From: Nitrososphaeria archaeon
Lineage (GTDB): Archaea; Thermoproteota; Nitrososphaeria; JACIWG01
Direction: 5' to 3'
Assembly: GCA_963752255.1 (NCBI GenBank)
Contig: CAVVXT010000014.1
Span: 128,001-192,000 of the forward strand
DNA length: 64,000 nt
Part shown: piece after piece, positions 62,247 through 64,000 of the stretch
How the letters are laid out: each line of letters begins with the position of its first letter
Position numbering within the stretch: the first letter of the stretch is position 1
Position numbers and translations under genes: made by a program
The notes under the pieces: generated by a model
Database searches by the model: none
Told to the model about the DNA's origin: nothing
What the model saw: the letters and a program-made list of their open reading frames with translations, nothing else

Positions 62247-63217
62247 ATGGTAAAGAGTCGCGCTGCCTTTTTTGAAGGCCCTGGTAAAGTTTATCTGAAA
62301 GAGCTTGACATCGCACCCGGTCCTGACCAGGTTCTTGTAAAAACTTTTCAGGCATCGATCTGCGGTACTGACAAAATAGCTTATCGAGGAGACATTTCTG
62401 GGGAAGTTAAGCTGCCGATCTTTCCCTGGGGGCATGAAGGCGGTGGAACAGTGGTTGAAGTGGGATCCGAGGTGAACGGTTTTTCGGTTGGCGATAAAGT
62501 GATGTCATTTGGGAAGGGTACCTACGCCGACTACGTCTTGTTTGATGTGCCGTATGGCTGCCTGCCTGCTCCTGAAGGCGTGGACATGGACATAGCCTGC
62601 TTAGGTGAACCTTTGACGTGTGCCGTTTTCGCTAGCCAGCTTGTTAGTAAGAGTATACAAGTAGGCGATATCGTCGCTGTAATCGGTGCAGGTTTTGCAG
62701 GCCAAATTCTGGCACAAGGTGCTAGAAAGGGGGTGCAGAAAAGGTGGTTGTTATTGATATTGTTGACGAAAAACTTGACCTTGCAAAACGATTAGGTGCG
62801 AACACAATCGTGAACCCAAAAAAAGAGAACCATGTAGAAGCTATAAAGGCCATCTCTGATGGCCGAGGTGTAGACGTTGTTGTTGAAGCTTCAGGTTCGG
62901 GGGAAGGGTTAAATATTGCATCAAATATCGTCAGGCGCAACGGAACCATTGCTATTTATAGTCACTATATGAAACCGTTTACCGTCAACATGTACAGATG
63001 GCATGAAGATGCGCTTAATATAGTGCACACATGTCTTATGCACCGAACAAAAGAAGAGATGGTTGTTGGTATCAGAGATGCATTCAGGCTAATAAAACGA
63101 GGTATATTCGACGTTAGGCCTCTACTAAATCGTAAGTACAAGCTTGAGGAAATAAAGGAAGCTTTTGAGAATGAAATAGTTGATCAAACGTCCATAAAGA
63201 CATTAATCCTACCATAG
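62247..63217 (+). pseudogene. Zn-binding (MDR) dehydrogenase, frameshifted near 62730
   Basis: ICGTD, GHEGGG, GAGFAG in one frame; the NAD-domain remainder in another; one G missing in a G-run. Confidence 0.88.
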
Positions 63218-63413
63218 CTTTTCATTTTGTGACTACTCAGAATGTTTAAGGCAGGCTTATAAGACTCTAAACATAAAAATTATCGAAGTTTAACTGTACA
63301 TCTTATATTAACGACGCGTTCAGAAGAAAGTAAAGTTGAATTTATTATTCAAGTTGACTTTTCTATTGGATGAAAATATAAACTTAAATACTACTTAAAA
63401 TAATTTCCTGAAC

Positions 63414-63632
63414 ATGACTAATCAACAGCGAACAAAAAAAAACTTTAAGGGATTTGCAGTTCCAATATTAATTCTTATTATTATTATCTCAATGTTAATT
63501 GTTGCAGGTTTCACAACTAATGCAATATTGTTCCAATTTTTACTAGCGTTACTAGTTCTTGTTATGGCTGGTTGGATGATTGTACCTCTATTATTACCAG
63601 GTTCGTTCAAAGGAAGAACGTTTAATAAATAA
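63414..63632 (+). CDS. Small 2-TM membrane protein
   Basis: Two hydrophobic helices in 72 aa. Confidence 0.55.
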   Translation: MTNQQRTKKNFKGFAVPILILIIIISMLIVAGFTTNAILFQFLLALLVLVMAGWMIVPLLLPGSFKGRTFNK

Positions 63633-63796
63633 TAGTTGTTTTCTTTTTTTCAAAATGTTTATAAAATTCATATAATAAGTATAATTAAATCTAGTATTTT
63701 GTAAAATTGAATAAATAAGATAACAAATGATATAAAGTAATATGATATAATAAAAAGATAGGAGAGTTAAAATAGTAGTGTTCGTCACTATATACC

Positions 63797-64000
63797 ATGG
63801 GTCAAGAACCTAAAAAAATGGATAGAAGGAACTTCATATATGCGGGTCTTGGTGCTGCAGTTATAGTAGTAGGCGGTGTCGCGGTATATTCTTTAACTCG
63901 AGCGCCACAAATTAGTACAACAACTGCAACAACAACTGCAACAACAACTGCAACAACAACTGCTTTTACAACATCTACAAAATCAACATATAGTCTACCA
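63797..64000 (+). CDS. Tat-signal exported protein with a Thr-rich linker (partial)
   Basis: MGQEPKKMDRRNFIYAGLGAAVIVVGGVAVY, then (TTTA)x4 from a 12-bp tandem ACAACAACTGCA; runs off the window. Confidence 0.8.
   Translation, partial: MGQEPKKMDRRNFIYAGLGAAVIVVGGVAVYSLTRAPQISTTTATTTATTTATTTAFTTSTKSTYSLP

Overview
Archaeal chromosomal window. Gene content and order suggest a TACK/Nitrososphaerota-like organism (inference). 1-26 kb is mostly core genes: alaS (partial), rpl12/10/1/11-spt5-secE, dtdA, argF, ftsY, pfdA, aIF6, pyrIB, class I lysS, cdc48-hsp20 with an HSR1-like regulator, Hjc and tldD/E. It also has tRNA-Leu(TAG), tRNA-Arg(GCG), a candidate box C/D sRNA, and a small decayed island between the two convergent tRNAs. 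26-42 kb holds glnA, a GATase/diphthine-ammonia ligase pair and a complete classical (DAHP-type) shikimate plus Phe/Tyr cluster with split transketolase. 42-64 kb is accessory: a V4R-HEPN-like protein, duplicated Thr-rich surface proteins, remnants of a mobile element with phased repeats, transporters, oxidoreductases and a QueT locus. The most notable candidates are (i) a riboswitch-like pseudoknot sequestering a Shine-Dalgarno upstream of queT, next to a TGT-like/QueT chimera, (ii) the V4R-HEPN fusion, (iii) a hidden wHTH domain in frame with transketolase at the head of the aro operon, and (iv) the GATase-Dph6 coupling. All protein calls come from motif recognition by eye; no searches were run.
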